Shown here: piece after piece, positions 35,790-50,297 of the stretch
Position numbering within the stretch: position 1 is the stretch's first letter
Layout of the letters: every line of letters begins with the position of its first letter
NCBI GenBank assembly: GCA_010093705.1
Contig: MU006097.1
Span: 1-64,000, forward strand
Direction: 5' to 3'
DNA from: Patellaria atrata CBS 101060
Lineage: Eukaryota
Length of the DNA: 64,000 nt
The notes under the pieces: model-generated
Databases searched by the model: none
What the model was told of the DNA's origin: nothing
Seen by the model: only the letters and a program-made list of their open reading frames with translations
Translations under genes and position numbers: made by a program

Positions 35790-38643
35790 CTATGCAATGT
35801 AACTATACATGCCGCCCTCTTCTCTTTCCATATACTCCTTCTCAATCAAACGATCTATATTTTTCTTGATGCCGCTCACGTCCAAAACACCTCGGCTCTT
35901 CGTTGCGCTGATCACCTCTGCTACAAGCTCACTATGTCCGATCGTCTTCCTACTCTTCATTATTCTCACAATGGCCGCTTGGGTTTCGAAATTCCTATCT
36001 GCAGCCACCCGCTCGTGCGTCTCTTTGTTCTCTATAGCCGTTTCCTTAAGCTGCACTTGGTTGATCTTAATGCGCATTTTGGGATCGGAGAAGGCATGAT
36101 TTAGGGTAAAGGTGTCGGTCTCGTTGATATCACGGCTTTTGGGATGTTTGGTTAACGGACGTACCCGTGCACATGCTAGGGATTGCAGGGTACGACTGAG
36201 TTCGGCTGGGGCTATCAGATTGGTTAGTACACTTGAGAAGGCCCAATGCCAAGCAATACAGATATAGAAGATGATCAGGAGAAAGCTTACGCAGTCCTGT
36301 TTCCGCCTTTAGATACTCCCAACTCAAATGTTCATCTTTGCCCTTCTCATTGAACAGTAACATAACTACAGCCTGGAAGCTGCTGACCACGAGCTCTTTA
36401 TTTCCTTTAGGAAAGCGCGCCTTCAATTGACAGTGAGCGAGAGCATGTTTCCAGTCTAACTTCCTACCACTGTGTTTGCTCTTGTAGTGTCTTTCAAATT
36501 TCTCAATTGCAGCCCTGATATCCAGCGGAATCGCTACTGGTACATCAGGATAGGTGGGCCACGCTGAAGCCGATAATATATTGACACTGAGATCAATTGC
36601 CGGCTTCTCGCCCCGTTCTTCCATTATTGCTTTGTAGCTGGTCATTTCTTCACGAGCAAGCTCAACGTCTTTGAACATTTGCTCCAAATTCTGCGTGAAG
36701 CCAGCTCCGCATTCTGTCTTTAGGCGCGCAAGCATGCTACGTTCGGCATCCGCACTCGCACTACGCCCCATCAAGAGGCGGCGTGCGAGGTCTTTCTTAT
36801 AGAATGCCTCAAACACTGCCTTACCATGGACAAATCGGAAGAGATCAAGAACCTGATCCAGTTGGTTATTGACCTCTGTATCTTCATCAAAGGCAATATC
36901 TTCATTCTCATCGTCTTCAGCCGTTTGCTTTTGTCTTGCATTCGTTGTGAGTTCATTTGGAATTGCTTTAGCACCGCCGCGAAGCAAGAGGTCTACGTAT
37001 TTGGCGATCATTTCTCCCGGTTTTGAGTTATCTGTATTCCAAGTCTTGCTGGTTTTCCTCGTCTTATTAATGAATGTCTCGAACGCTTGCCGCAAGCCTA
37101 AGCCGAGGTCACTGTTCTTATGGAATGAGACTCTCCATATAGTATCTAGTCGCTTCTTAAGACTCAATAGGCGTATAACCATTTGATCTTGCTCTTTCTC
37201 GTCGAATACAATACTAGTACCTGTATCCTCTATCCATCTTTCAAACGGTGGCTGTAGCTTACCACCAAGATTCTTCCGTTCTAAAAGACTATAAAGCTGC
37301 TCTAGGTCGCCCACTGAGTTGTCATCGAGGAGATCAGCTACACTATCTTGGTTGGTCAAAATGGACTCTTGTCGCTGAATCAGGTGATCCTCTAATAATA
37401 TTAGAAGATCCCTTCGTGTCGATGAGTCTAGGTTGAAAAGGTCACAACGTCCCATTTCTCGGTCCATTAGTTGGAGGCATGAATGGACATACTCCGCTAG
37501 CCCTTTCTCGGAACTAGCTTCTTTGGCCCAGTCAACAACATAAGTCTGAGAAAGGTGAAGTAAACGCGGCTCGAAGACGCTGGTATATACCGACAGATCG
37601 TGCATCATACGGATCGCCTCCCTAAATGTTGACTGGTCGAAGTCTTCACCCCTGCGATCTCCTGAAACCATATCGCATGTACCATCAACGATTTTTGGTT
37701 TCAACTGAGGATCTTCGAAAATTGTTGTGCGGAAGAGTTGAATCGCATTTTCTTTAAGTGACGGCTTAGACTGTTGTAGGAGATAGGATCGATCAAGATA
37801 GTAAAACAACCACTGGATAACAACCTATGGAATGATGTTAGCTTCTTAAAACTTCTTTAAAACCGTGCGAAGGGACCCTACCAATTGCTTATTCCATGTA
37901 GACCACGTTCCAAGAACCGCTCGAAGCAAGTCGATATTCCTCGCACCCTGCCTTGATATTAAGGGTACCTTCAAATTATTCGAAATGTATGCCGTGATCT
38001 TCTCTTGATACCGTGCCCAGAGATCCCCGGCAAGATTTTGCTTACAGACATTCTCAACCCTCTTATAAAGCTCTTCGATAGAAAAGCTGAGCTTTTCACT
38101 GCTTTCGAACACTTCTGTCACTGCAGCATCTAGTTTTACCCATGTTTGGTTGAGATATTCCGTTGAGTTCATTTTTGATGTCGTCTTTAGATTCTTGATT
38201 ACCAGCTTCTTTGCGGTATTGTGGGGGGTGAAGTTCGCTCGATCAGTTCTTACTCCATTGGGTGGTCGTCGGTGAGTTGGGCTTGGTGAGGTGGTAAGAT
38301 CGACGACATCTCTCTTGGACGGCTGATTCTGTGCAAAGGTGTACATCTTCTCGGTGGGAAGAGGGCGAGCTCCAATAACTGGTCCACTAGATGAGACACT
38401 CTCCGTAGAGGGGGAGAGTTTTAGCTTCTTGCTACTTGGAGAGAGTGGCGGTCCGCCCTTGTCTCGTGAACCAGGCTTCTGTTGCGATGAAGAGAAGACG
38501 TCTGATATTGTCTGCTGCTTTGGATTGATACCTGTATCACTCGAAGCGGGAAAGTGCTTAGCTGAGTGCTTGCGCTTTCTTTCCGTGGAGAGCTTCTCGC
38601 CTCGTTTGCTGGTCGGACCGGAAGAGGCTCGCGAGTGCTGCAT
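35790..38643 (-). CDS. CUL4: Cullin-4 (CulD/Pcu4-like), 3 exons
   Basis: Motifs KKLVIKNLK, YLDRSYLL, GKAVFEAFYKKDLARRLL, ECGAGFT and the neddylation motif AAIVRIMKSRK. Confidence 0.93.
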
Positions 38644-39595
38644 CGAACGGGGTGAAGTCCTCCTGGAGACACGACCAGACTGTTGGAAGTGTTAGGGGTT
38701 ATAGAAAAATAGTGGAATGGTATATCATACCTAATTTCTTGATTAGATACCGTGAATACTATAGGTGTATCATTACGTGATGTACGGAGGTACAGTACTT
38801 ACTCTAAATGTTGAAGTACGGTCATGACGCTAAGTAAGAGCTGCCGCCAAGAAACGGGAATATCGGGATTAAGATCTATAGACGTTAAGACATTTCCCGA
38901 TAAACTGTCAAGTTCACAGATTTATATTAAGTATGAGATCAAATACCGCAGAGATCACTTTTCACGCAGAAGTCTATTTAACGCAAGCTTTGGGCAAGTA
39001 ACTAGATTGATTCTATCCTACTTGACATTCTATTAACATTTGAACTACTGCCAAGCCAAAAGAAAGACCCTACACGCAATTCGAAACTCAAAAGTGAAGG
39101 CAGCGCCGGGGATATGATGCCGAGGTGGATTACTTATTGTTGGAGAATACATGATGGTGAATCTTGAATGTTCGTGGACGGTCATGACAAAGGGGTGAAC
39201 TCGCTCGATAGGTGGGAAATAGGGGTCAAGATGATGTTTGATATGCGGATGAAAGGGGAGCGGGTGCTTGGGAGAGAGTTGAGAAGTGGGATACAGGGTG
39301 GGGCTCCTGATTTGGGTGTAAGAGTACAGAGAATGTTGAAGGATTCCATTGTGCTCTGAAATTCCCAAAGAATGTCTCCCGTACAATGCCGAGTTGAAAG
39401 CATCCAGATTTGAGACTCCTGGGTACCTGAAATGACAAACACGCATAGAGACGAGACCAACTCCGGGTGATCGCTGAGTCAAACGAGTAGATACCGTGAT
39501 ATGGTGTGCTCGGTGTCGTGCTGGAAAAGCTAACCACAGTTTCGGCGTTAAAGAGATACGCAGTGCAGCTGGGAAATGCTGGAATATCCTTGGGT

Positions 39596-41516
39596 TTACA
39601 TATCCATGGTATCACCACCATTTGCAAAGTTGAATTGTTGTTGCTGTTGAGCAGCACCGAAACCAAAATGACCATCTTGGCCTTGCTGAGGGGCTAGGTC
39701 GCCTTCACCACCAGCATCCTCTTCGTCTGAGAAGTATTTCTCAATGATGTTGTACGCCTTCATGTAAATCTCCTCGTTGGCGTTATTTTGACAGTCGTGA
39801 ATCTTCTCCATCCCACCCACTTCTTCAATGAAGAGAGCAAATCGATTGATCTGCTCACCAGCTTGCTCGGCAGCTTCTTTATCCATCTCACCAACTTTAA
39901 GAACATTCTCTAGCCCATCTAGTGCAACTTGGATAATCTTATTATCGGGACATGCGAGAAGGTCACAGAGAGGCTTGATGCAGCCACATTGTACGAGATA
40001 TCGAATTTGCTCTGGTTTCTGCAGGCCTCCTGAAGTGGCGTTAGAGATGGCCCAACAAGCCTCCTTGCGAGTCTTGAAATCACCATTGGACAAAAGGTGA
40101 ATCAAAGGTGGAACGATGTTATTATCAATAACGGACTGGATCTGCGTGGAATTGCCTGCAGTGATATTAGAAATCGTCCAACATGCTTCCTTACGAATGC
40201 CATCCTTGGTGGAGCTAAGGAGCGAAAGTAGGGCCGGAAGAGCTCCGCAATTAATAATAACTTGAGTCTGGACATCGTCCCCAGTGACAATGTTCCCAAC
40301 TGATCGAAGAGCGGGTGTCTGCACAGATGTTGATGCATGCATCAATAGTTCTACGAGACGGCGCGGGATTCCAGCTTCAATCACTGCCTGGATCTTATCG
40401 TTGGACCCGTCCGAAAGATACGAGATAGCCCAACAGGCATCGATAAGAACCTCATCATCAAGCGAATAAACTAGTTTAGCTAGCACAGGTAAAGCAGGGG
40501 CAATCTGAACGATCTGAGTTAGCATTTAGAAAAAGGAAAGGGAGGAAGTATTACTTACAGTTTGCCAATCAGGTTGAGGGGTCTTCCCACGGCAAAAGTT
40601 ACTCAGTGTCCAGGTGGCATTTCTGAGCATGCTCAACTTGCGGCTATCGCCAAGAAGGTTGAGCAAAGGGCGCAGAGCACCAGCTTGGAGGACGAAGTCC
40701 CGACAAGTAGGGCTATCACCGGCAATGTTGCCGAGAGCCCAAACTGCTTGTTCTCTTACATCGGGTTCGTGGCTACTCAACAGTTCAACGAAAATAGGTA
40801 CGGCTCCAGCCTCAATGACCACCTGAGTTTGCTGTGCAGAGCCGGAAGCGATGTTTGTGAGCGCCCAAGCAGCTTCAAATTGAACCAAAGTATGGGGTGA
40901 GCGAAGGAACTCGACGAAACGGCTGACAACACCAGTCTCGATGACGCGTTCGATGGGAGGATTCCTTTCCTTAGATAATAACTTGCGAAATTTGGTTGTG
41001 GCTTGGATTTGTTCATCGATCTGATCCGAAAAGACACCTTTGACCATCTCAGGGAGCTGCTCATTGAGCTAATAGAGGTTAGCATTATACATAAATGTGA
41101 ATGTCGACTTTATCGAAAAAAAGGAACACTTCAGGAGGTTGATGAAGTACGGACAGTGAATAACTCGACAGGTAACGGAGATGTGATGAGTGTAATAGTC
41201 GGTCTAGAAAATTATGTACGCTAGAGAGATATCGAACAGGATTGAGAAGCAAAGAGGAAGTAGAGAGGATAATATAACGTACCTGGGATTCCAAATTTCC
41301 GCTTTCATCGTCGCTGTCTGGAGCAGCACCGAGAGAAGCCCCGGGAGCGTTGTCGCCTCGAGTAACAATGCCTCGTCGTTTAGCTAGGTTTTCTTCTCTC
41401 TTTGCCTTACGGATCTCGACTTGCTGTTCTTCGCGACGCCTCCTCAACTCATCCTGTTTGAAGGCACCCTTGGCTTTGAAGGTACGACGATGTTCGGGAA
41501 TGTACCGGTCGGCCAT
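39596..41516 (-). CDS. SRP1: Importin subunit alpha, 3 exons
   Basis: IBB domain [26 protein letters not shown] and ARM repeats ([40 protein letters not shown]). Confidence 0.97.
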
Positions 41517-42142
41517 ATTGCTAGGGATGTGATATGAGGAAATGTGGTGTTATTCTTGATCGCTTTGGCAGTTATCGTACTGCGAGGCTTTTTGTTTTCT
41601 AGCAGCACTTTCTCAGTAGAAACATCAGTGGTGGGTTTGTAGTTGTGGGGTGGGTGAGAAAGATTGACCTGGGCGTTTCTGGGTGGAGGGTGGTTCTAGC
41701 GCCAGTTGCCTAAACCTAATTAAGCGAGCCGCATTCAGAGCTTGTACTTTGGTAGGTAAGTAACGACCCCTTGGATCAACCTAAGTACCCTTCAGGTTTG
41801 ATATTTACTGTCAAATATGAAGACGGAACATTTTGCCCTGCAATTCTTAGAAGTAGAATATTCCTAGGCATCAGAACACCTAATTAAACAAAAACCTCTT
41901 GCATTGATGAGTTAATGAGCACGTCAGTAAAGTCCTGGTCTTATCGCATCATTCTTAACATATATTGACCACAGCTTGGTAGAACGCCTAAGTAGTGATC
42001 ATGTGCTGTAGAAGGGAGAATTGAAGCTGCTTCTAATCTTAATTCTTCGTCGCTTGCTCGAGGTACTGTGCTTATACGGTGACATAACATCAACGCAGAG
42101 CAATTACCTAGCATCGTGCGTGCAAACCGACGCGTCTCCACG

Positions 42143-44198
42143 ATGTCTGCGCGTGGAAAACTCCCCGATGGCTATATCGACATTGAGAAGGCTGTTGAAC
42201 TTTGCGGTAGCAGCACCGCGGCGAATATAACTGGCGTTGTAACGGACACCTTAGAACCCAAAATGAGCAAGGGAACAGGTAGTATTGAACCTTCTTGTGT
42301 TTACTCCACGCTAATCAAGGACATATAGACCATATGAGTACACTCAAGATACAAGATATGTCTAGCATTCAGCCGAACGCGAAGCATTCATGGCTGAGAG
42401 TAAGAATCTTCAATCGATATGTGGAGAAACTTCCGCGTCCGTCTGTAGGGGATGTCATACTACTAAGGAATTTCAAGGTTCGTATTCTCCCACACAATTC
42501 TCAATGCTAAAGCATAACTCCCGTTAGTTCACCTTCTGGGCTGGTGATCCCTTGGCTTACAGCTCTAACTGGTCCCAATGGCTCGTCTATGCGGCTGCAA
42601 AAATCCCATCTACAGGTTTTCAGGAACCCTTTGCCCTAGGAAGGGAACTCCCAAGCACGAATAAATCATCTGATGCTAGAGCTGCGAATCCGGCTGAGGC
42701 GATGTATATAATATATTTGCACGAGAACGCCCCAGTTGTCAGTAACCTACCTATTCCACCCAGGAGTATTCAGGCACAATCCAATCCCCATGTCGTCAGT
42801 GCTAGGGATAGATTTTCCCTCATTTCTGATGTCGAAATTGACAGGTTCTACGATCTGGTTGGAGAGGTGGTTAAGACATATCCTGACCGTGGCACTCTCG
42901 ATCTCTACATCACAGATTATACGTCGAATAGCCTCCTCTACGAATACGTAACTCCCGAGGAAGAAGAAGAGCTTGATTCATATGGTGGAAACGGCGATAG
43001 TTGGCGCCATTCAACAACCAATCGTCCACATAAATGGGAAGGTCCATATGGTAAACTAACCTTAGTGGTACGGCTATGGCAACCTCATGCAGAGTTTGCC
43101 GATGAGAAAGTCCGACCGGGAGATTTTGTCTTCCTGAGGAATGTTCGTATCAAACTCAGCAACATGGGGAAACTCGAGGGTCAGCTGAACCAAGATAAAC
43201 AGTATCCAAATAAAATAGATATCAAGCGCTTTAATGACCAACGCGAAGAGCGCGTGCAGGACGTGCTAACCCGCAAAGAGAAGTATTTCGATCACATAAA
43301 GAAGCTTGAATCCAAGGCATCAAAAGGGCCTAGGAAACAGAGGAAGAAGAAAGCAAAGAAAGGGATAGAACAGGCTCGAAATCGGGAAGAAAGTGAGCAG
43401 ACGGCAAATGCGCTAAATGCTCCTGAGCCCATAGACACAGTAATGGTGGATTCGCATAGGCCCAATCAGCATGGTATGTTTATTACAAACATTGCAGCTT
43501 TCTGAAGCTAATCGTCGGCAGTCGAATGTGCCCACAAGGACATTCGGTTAACTCCACTCTCAAATATCTTAAATAGCCTCCAGTTACGTGGGAAGCTAGA
43601 TGATGGTACGGCAGTGGAGTTCCCATTTCTAAACTTGAGGTACAGAGCTCGCGTACGCGTTGTAGATTTCTATCCATCGAAGTTAGAGGACTTCGCTCTT
43701 CCCCTAGATGACAAATCCTATAACAACCAAGAATCAGATCAAAGTGAATCGGAAGTGTGGCATAATAGTAGTCCACATAAGAGATGGGAATGGGCGTTCT
43801 ATCTTCTTGTTGAGGACGCCGTACGAACTTCCCCTAAAGAAACTCCCACTAGGATGAAATTGCTCGTCAATAACGATAGTGCACAGTATCTTCTAAAGCT
43901 GGATGCAACTGAGTAAGTCTACTCCCTTCGAAGCCAATATAATGAAGCTAATGAAGCATCCAGTTTACGTCAAGACAAGCAAAGACTCAAGCAACTAGAA
44001 GAAAAGCTTTTCATCCTCTGGGGTGATCTCCAGGAGCGCAAGTCGAAAGGTGAAGACATAAGCCCAGCACATAACAACGCTTTCGAGTGTTGTATTCGGG
44101 AATATGGCGTTCCTGTGCAGAACCCCCGGGCAAAAGACAACTTCAGTGCTCGTTGGACCAGGATGCACGGGATGTTCGAGACAACCATTCGTGGCTGA
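42143..44198 (+). CDS. POT1: Telomere ssDNA-binding protein POT1 (OB folds), 5 exons
   Basis: OB1 NITGVVTD...LP...GDVILLRNFK, OB2 FYDLVGEVVK...LYITDYT...VFLRNVRIK, and C-terminal YRARVRVVDFYP...WEWAFYLLVED...EEKLFILWGDL. Confidence 0.88.
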
Positions 44199-44892
44199 GA
44201 CTATCTTTCTGCTATGCGTTTAATTGGGTTATTGGATTTTCTTAGGGGGCGTACTCAATTACTCAATGATACCCACTTCTCCAAGCGTAGATATGCTTTT
44301 ATCATGGGCTTGTAGATACATATGTAATACACGAAGGATGTTTGCAGCATGAGAGAAACATTGGTTCTCGGTATTCTGACAAAATTCCTCACTATGAGCG
44401 CGATGTAAACCTGGAAACACCCAGGAAGGAAAGTAATATGTTCAGTACAGTACAAAGGTGACATGCGCCCAGATGGTCTGCTTGAAATACCTTAGATCGA
44501 ATTACTCATTATAGCTCTATGTTGTTTGCACAATCCGCTCTATTCCAGATAGTTCAAGTCAGATATTTTCCAAAACCAACCGTACAGTAGGCCATGAGTA
44601 CACTGATACGGGTAGCAAATGATAGAGAAACTACGATATTCATACACGTTACCTAAATTATTCCTAAATGTACAGATGCCGTATATATGGAGCTTTTAGA
44701 TATAGTTTCTCGGAGCTTTTTCGTAACATCAATCTCCGCATTGGGAAGCGGCAATGACCTCCAACGTAGACCATCCTTAACTTTTACAACCTACGACAGC
44801 CAATCACGCTCCTAATACTCAGGATAACCCTTTACTCTCCTATCACGCCCGCCCCTCATATTTTCGTCTATATAAATGACGTATCTTGTAAC

Positions 44893-45843
44893 CTACGCAG
44901 CTGGTCTAGCCTTTGTCTTCGGGGTACCGGTCCTCCCGCTACCCACCCTCCTTGCCTCAGGTCTTTGCAAGTGTGATGCGGGAATCCAGCTCTCATCATA
45001 AGCCTTAGCTCCGCTTGTCACAGCCGGGCCATCGGCACCCATAACGCTGACCTGGTCCGCAGGATCGACCTTCTTGGAACCACCGGAGCTGCGTTTGGCG
45101 CGCTCACCTCCTTTACCGCCACGTTTCTTTTGCGGGAAGAGGGTCGTGATCCAGGTGCTGTAGATGAAGTAGCAAGTACCGACAAAGGCGCCTGTGAGGA
45201 CCAGGTAGAGGAAGATACTTTGGGATTTTGTTAGCAGACGTTTGACAGGGAAGGGGAGTGGAAGGTGTACATTTGCGGATCGAAGAAACTAGTGGGTGCT
45301 TCGACGACACTGACAGTCTCGTTGAAGACAGATACTGTGTAGATACTATCCTTGGCTGCGAGTACAGCACCGAGGTTCAGTCGTAGGTCTTGAGGGTGCA
45401 TTTCGGTAGCGAAGCTATAGGTGATAGAATCGGACTCGCCAGCCGGGATCTCGACATCATAGGTGTGAGAGGAGAGATTGCGAACGATGACGTCCCGCTG
45501 AAGGTCATAGAGAGAGCCGCCGATGAGCTTGACGACAATGGGCACCGGCTCTTCGTTGTTGAAGCTCAAGACCGTCTGAGTCGGGTGTCCATTGATGAGT
45601 TTGATGCCGAAGATCTCGGCCTTGGGGAAGGCGGCCGAGATGGAGACCTTTAGGTTAGGTGACTGAGCTTCTGGATCCTCAATTGTGTCTGCAAACTCGT
45701 CCTTGGAGAATTCTAAGTATTCCGGATTGCATCATCCTCGGGAAGGGTATAGAGCTTACCTCAATCGATGCATCTGACGCTACAGCAGCATGGAATGTTT
45801 GGAAGGACAAAAGCGCCAGTGTTGCAAGCTTTAGGAGACCCAT
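44893..45843 (-). CDS. IRC22: Translocon-associated protein alpha / Irc22-like, 3 exons
   Basis: Signal peptide MGLLKLATLALL, then IFGIKLING, YSFATEMHPQDLRL, VFNETVSVVEAPTSFFDPQ, a TM segment, and the tail YDESWIPASHL. Confidence 0.85.
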
Positions 45844-47119
45844 TGCGATGAAGTCTACTCCGAGTTTGTATGATGAATTGGAATTGATTGCGGAGAAGTG
45901 CGTCTGGTGTAAGGTAATCCCTACGTGGCTTGAAGCGATTATTAGTCAGCTACGGAGAGTTTGTAAATCTACGCAGGTGCCCTAAATTCTCATTTACACA
46001 CTCTATGTAATGCTTGAGAAAGGATTACCGTATGATTTCTTTCCTTGATTCTTCTTATAAAGATCAGAAGTCTATTCTACGTAAATTTGTTATTAAGTAC
46101 AAGGCACTTCGTTCCCCCAAGGCCCCCTAGGTCGTCCTGTACGTGCGTATCATACAGAAACCGCTCCTCGTATCTACTTAGGTGTTTATCAATAATATAG
46201 AGAAGAATTTGAGGCGAGGAGCAGCTTACTTTAGCCCGCTTCTTTCTATTCGCAATATTCAGTGATGAAATCCAAGAACATGCAAGTCAATTCCGTTTTG
46301 AGATATATCTGAGTTATTGTTTCAATCCATACAGGGGGAATGACCTTCTAACCCCCTGTAAAACCCGCTCTAGCAACGGAAATTCAAAAGTAGATGAGAG
46401 AAATATGAGTCCCGAGTATAGAAAGTAGTATTTCCGTTTTTTTTTTCTTGAAATCATTATCTTGGATGTGACTTCGTGGTTAGAATCCCTGCTATTTCTA
46501 TGGTCTTTCGAAACATTGGAAACCGATTATCATTTTTCTCGGACGAAAGGCAGCTTCAATCTGATCTTAGGGAGATGATTATGACTATACGTGGACTTTC
46601 TTTTCCTATTAAGGTATTTTATAAAGTCGAAAAACGTAAAGACTTCACTTATTATACAATAATACAATAACTCTCCTTTTCCATGTGCATTTAAGCCAAT
46701 GAAGACGGCTGGCTAATCCTCGGAAAGGTCTCTCAGACCATAAAAGTGTATGAATTCCACTTACCTTCGACTCGAAACCATCGCGATTTCCTGATGAGCT
46801 TTCGCTACATAACAATAACTTGGTGAGACAGTCTTCACTGATAGAAGTAGTCTGAATGTCAGGAGTCTTAAACATTAAAATTGCCTTCGTAGTATTTCAA
46901 AGTATTCCAGTTGCTAACCTAGTTCTACCAGTTTCTCAACTGAGCTCTCCCTTTTCAACTTCAAATCAACTTTAACGCGTAGCAACAAACACCACAACAA
47001 CATTTCTTACATCTTCCAACCTCATTCAATTTCTTCATTCTCGTAACTCCCTGAGGACTTTCCTTTCGTTTTCAATAGTTGTGTTTATCAAAGTCTTCAA
47101 TAAGCTAGAAGTATTGAAA

Positions 47120-48808
47120 ATGAGCGACTCAAAGGGTGTGATCAACACAATTCGTGATGCCACAACAGAATCCCTTTGGCACCGTTTCGAGGAGCTGAAG
47201 TCGCGCGAGGCTAAGAAGGACCAATTAATTGAGGTATGTCAAAACGGTCCATATCTTCTCATCGCAATAGCTTATATTCGGTTATAAGGAGCTTCTTTAC
47301 AGATATGAATATCTCAGTGAACAACACAAAAAGGAGTGCGAGGAACATGACCGCGAACGCGAGCACAATCGCATTGCCCAACAAGCTCAAAAGTCACTCA
47401 TGGAGGATATGCGCAAATTGCAAAACTTCATGGTAGGATACGAGACACCACGTTTAATTCTCACGATAACTAACATGTCCTTTACAGAACAAAGATCCAT
47501 TTGTTCTCCTTCTCATCGATGGTGATGACATGATTGTGAGTTTCCAGACGCCGCCCCAAATTTCTCCCCCGCGATTTATGACGCTTTGTTAATTTTGATC
47601 ATTTCACAGTTCGCAGACCAATTCCTACAGGAAGGAGAAGCTGGTGGCAAGAAAGCTGCTGAATTTATTCACCAATCCATTGTCGAATACATGCATTGTA
47701 ACCTCACCGATATACCATCTGACACTAAAGTGGTCGCAAGAGTTTACGCCAATGTGAAAGGTTTGGCTGATGTTTGTTATAAAACTGGCGTGGTCAACAA
47801 GCCCAGCTTGGTTGAAGAATTTGTTCGCGGTTTCACTCGCGGAAACATCCTATTTGATTTCGTCGACGTTGGTCCTGGTAAAGGCCGCGCGGACGAAAAA
47901 CTTGCTGGTAGGTGATTTGATCCTCAGCTTCTTTACGACTCGAGGGTGAAATCAAGTGCTGGATGCTGACCATCTCCCTAGAGATCTTCAAACTCCATTT
48001 GTACGACTTTCACTGTCGTCACATCATTCTCGGGGGTGGTCATGACAAAGGCTACGCCCGCCTCCTCGAAGAACTAGCCCCTGATGAGGGCAGCATCCGT
48101 CGTATCACCTTATTGGAAGGCGTCCCATTCGAAAAGGAGCTTGCCACTCTCCCCTTTACTACTCATAAAATGGGTCATACCTTCCGCGAAACTAAGATCA
48201 ATGTTTCCTCGAATAACAACTCTATCGGCATTGCTCCGTTTCCTCCAGCATCATCCGTCTCTCCACCACCGTTTTACCCAGTAAGTCGAACTGTATCTAC
48301 TTCCAATACACCTCAACCTCGCGCGGAAGCCACACCTGCCATCTCCTGGGCATCCGCCGCTGCCAAGGCAGCCGCTCTTCCCATGAGCTCCTTGCCTCCG
48401 GCTGCAAAGGCGGTCCAACAGGACCCAAACTACATCCCCCGCAACCGTAAGGGCCAACGCATCGACTCACCTCCCCGCCAATATGACAGGGAGGAGGTCA
48501 ATCGCGTCAAGAAACTGAAGATGTGCAACGTACATTTCTTGCGCAAAGCATGTCCCTTCGGCGATGAGTGCGCACACGTCCATGACTACAAGCCTACACA
48601 GGCGGAACTGGAGACTTTGCGGCTAGTGGCCCGCATGACGCCTTGTACATATGGCACCCAATGCGAGGATCCAGGGTGCACATATGGCCACAGGTGCCAT
48701 GCTCCAGAAGGGAAGAATGGTGAGAGGTGCATCTTCGGTGGGATGTGTAAATTTAAAAACGAGATGCACAACATGGATCTGACTCCCGTCACGCTCACCA
48801 AGATTTGA
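47120..48808 (+). CDS. CCCH zinc-finger protein with N-terminal NYN/PIN-like domain, 5 exons
   Basis: Motifs LLIDGDDMI/F, VARVYAN, FDFVDVG...ADEK, GGHDKGY, and CCCH fingers CNVHFLRKACPFGDECAHVH and CTYGTQCEDPGCTYGH. Confidence 0.85.
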
Positions 48809-50297
48809 GGGTGTACAAGAAATAGTCGGAGATCTCGTATGTGTTTAGCTTTGAGCTAACGGCTTGGGGTTCAGGATTTACGATGGAGACTCTAATGGAG
48901 TCTGGTGTCGCGGCGTCTTTGTGTCTGGGGATACCGGAATCCCCTGGGAGTGCATGGTGAGAAAAGCTATGTATTGTATTATATGGGCCCCTAGGGGCGT
49001 AACTATAGGCTAAGGCCTCTTCTCTTTGACTACTGGGAATACAGTAGCTCCAATAGGAGCTAAGCATTTTTTTTTTTTTTTACTTGAGATGATATTCAAA
49101 TTCTGAGTTCTGAGGGATCCTCTCAAAATATGGGCTTTGTTTTTTTTTTCTCCTGACTTCTAAATCTTGTAACTAAATGTTCTGTATAATTCTACAAAAC
49201 CTCCCCACTTCTACTCCCTTCCTTACTAAATTCAATCGCTTGTTTATTATTTTCGAATGGAACAGTGTGTACTCCGTATAGTACACACAACCACAAAAAC
49301 AACCCAAAGATGCCATTATCAATACCCCAGGGGTAGAATGCGTTTCTATAACGAGGAGCTGAGTATCTCCCCCAAATCATACTCGACACTCCTTTCTTCT
49401 CGTACAGGTACCATAAATAAGATCCCCCACCCAAAACCCCTTACCCGCAATACCCATTCCCAACGCATAAGCGAAAATGAATCTTCTATACAGTATATAC
49501 TCCCACAACAACAACGGGACGGTACTATTATCACTATCCTAGGGTGAAAATACATTTCTATAAGGAGCATTCAAGTCTCTCCCTCTACTCATACCTGACA
49601 CCCCTTCCTTCTCGTACAACTGCCATGAATAAACCCCCCCCCCCCCCCCTCTGACAAAGCTCTACTCGCCATCCCCGTCGCCACCGCATTCTCAAGCCAT
49701 AATCTCTCACTACGTAACTCCAAATATTCGCGCGGAAGGTCAGGACAGGGGATGTTGTAGGACTGGGAAGTACGATACAATAACCAGGGCTCAGTTAGCA
49801 CTCATGGAGCGAATTGTAGGGTATTTTCCAACACGATCCAGTTCGTGGATTCCTCAACGGCAGATAGTTTGGCGGTATGGTTTATAAGTACGGAGATAGG
49901 TTTCTCTGTATGGCTTTAGCCTTTCCAGAACCTCGCTATGGTGTACGTACTGACTACACAGGCCTCGGCAAATGGAGGAGTTTTAGAGAATGTATCATCC
50001 TACTCTCATCACTTGCTCCATGTTCATGCGAACTTGGAAAAGAAGGGATTCGTGGTATGTTATGTGGGAACGTGAGAAATAAGGGGAATTCGACTGTGTA
50101 CATATGTTGTTAGGGTAGATCAGGGGCTATGGAAACGTCAATATCGCTCAAACGCTCTTCGATATTCTATCGGGTATCTATACACAAAGTACAGGGTACT
50201 ACCCCCCAGCCTCCCCAGATCGCAGACATCAGACATCGACTTTTCTCATAACAGGGCCGAAATAGTATCACAACCTCTCATTTATCCATCCATCGCT

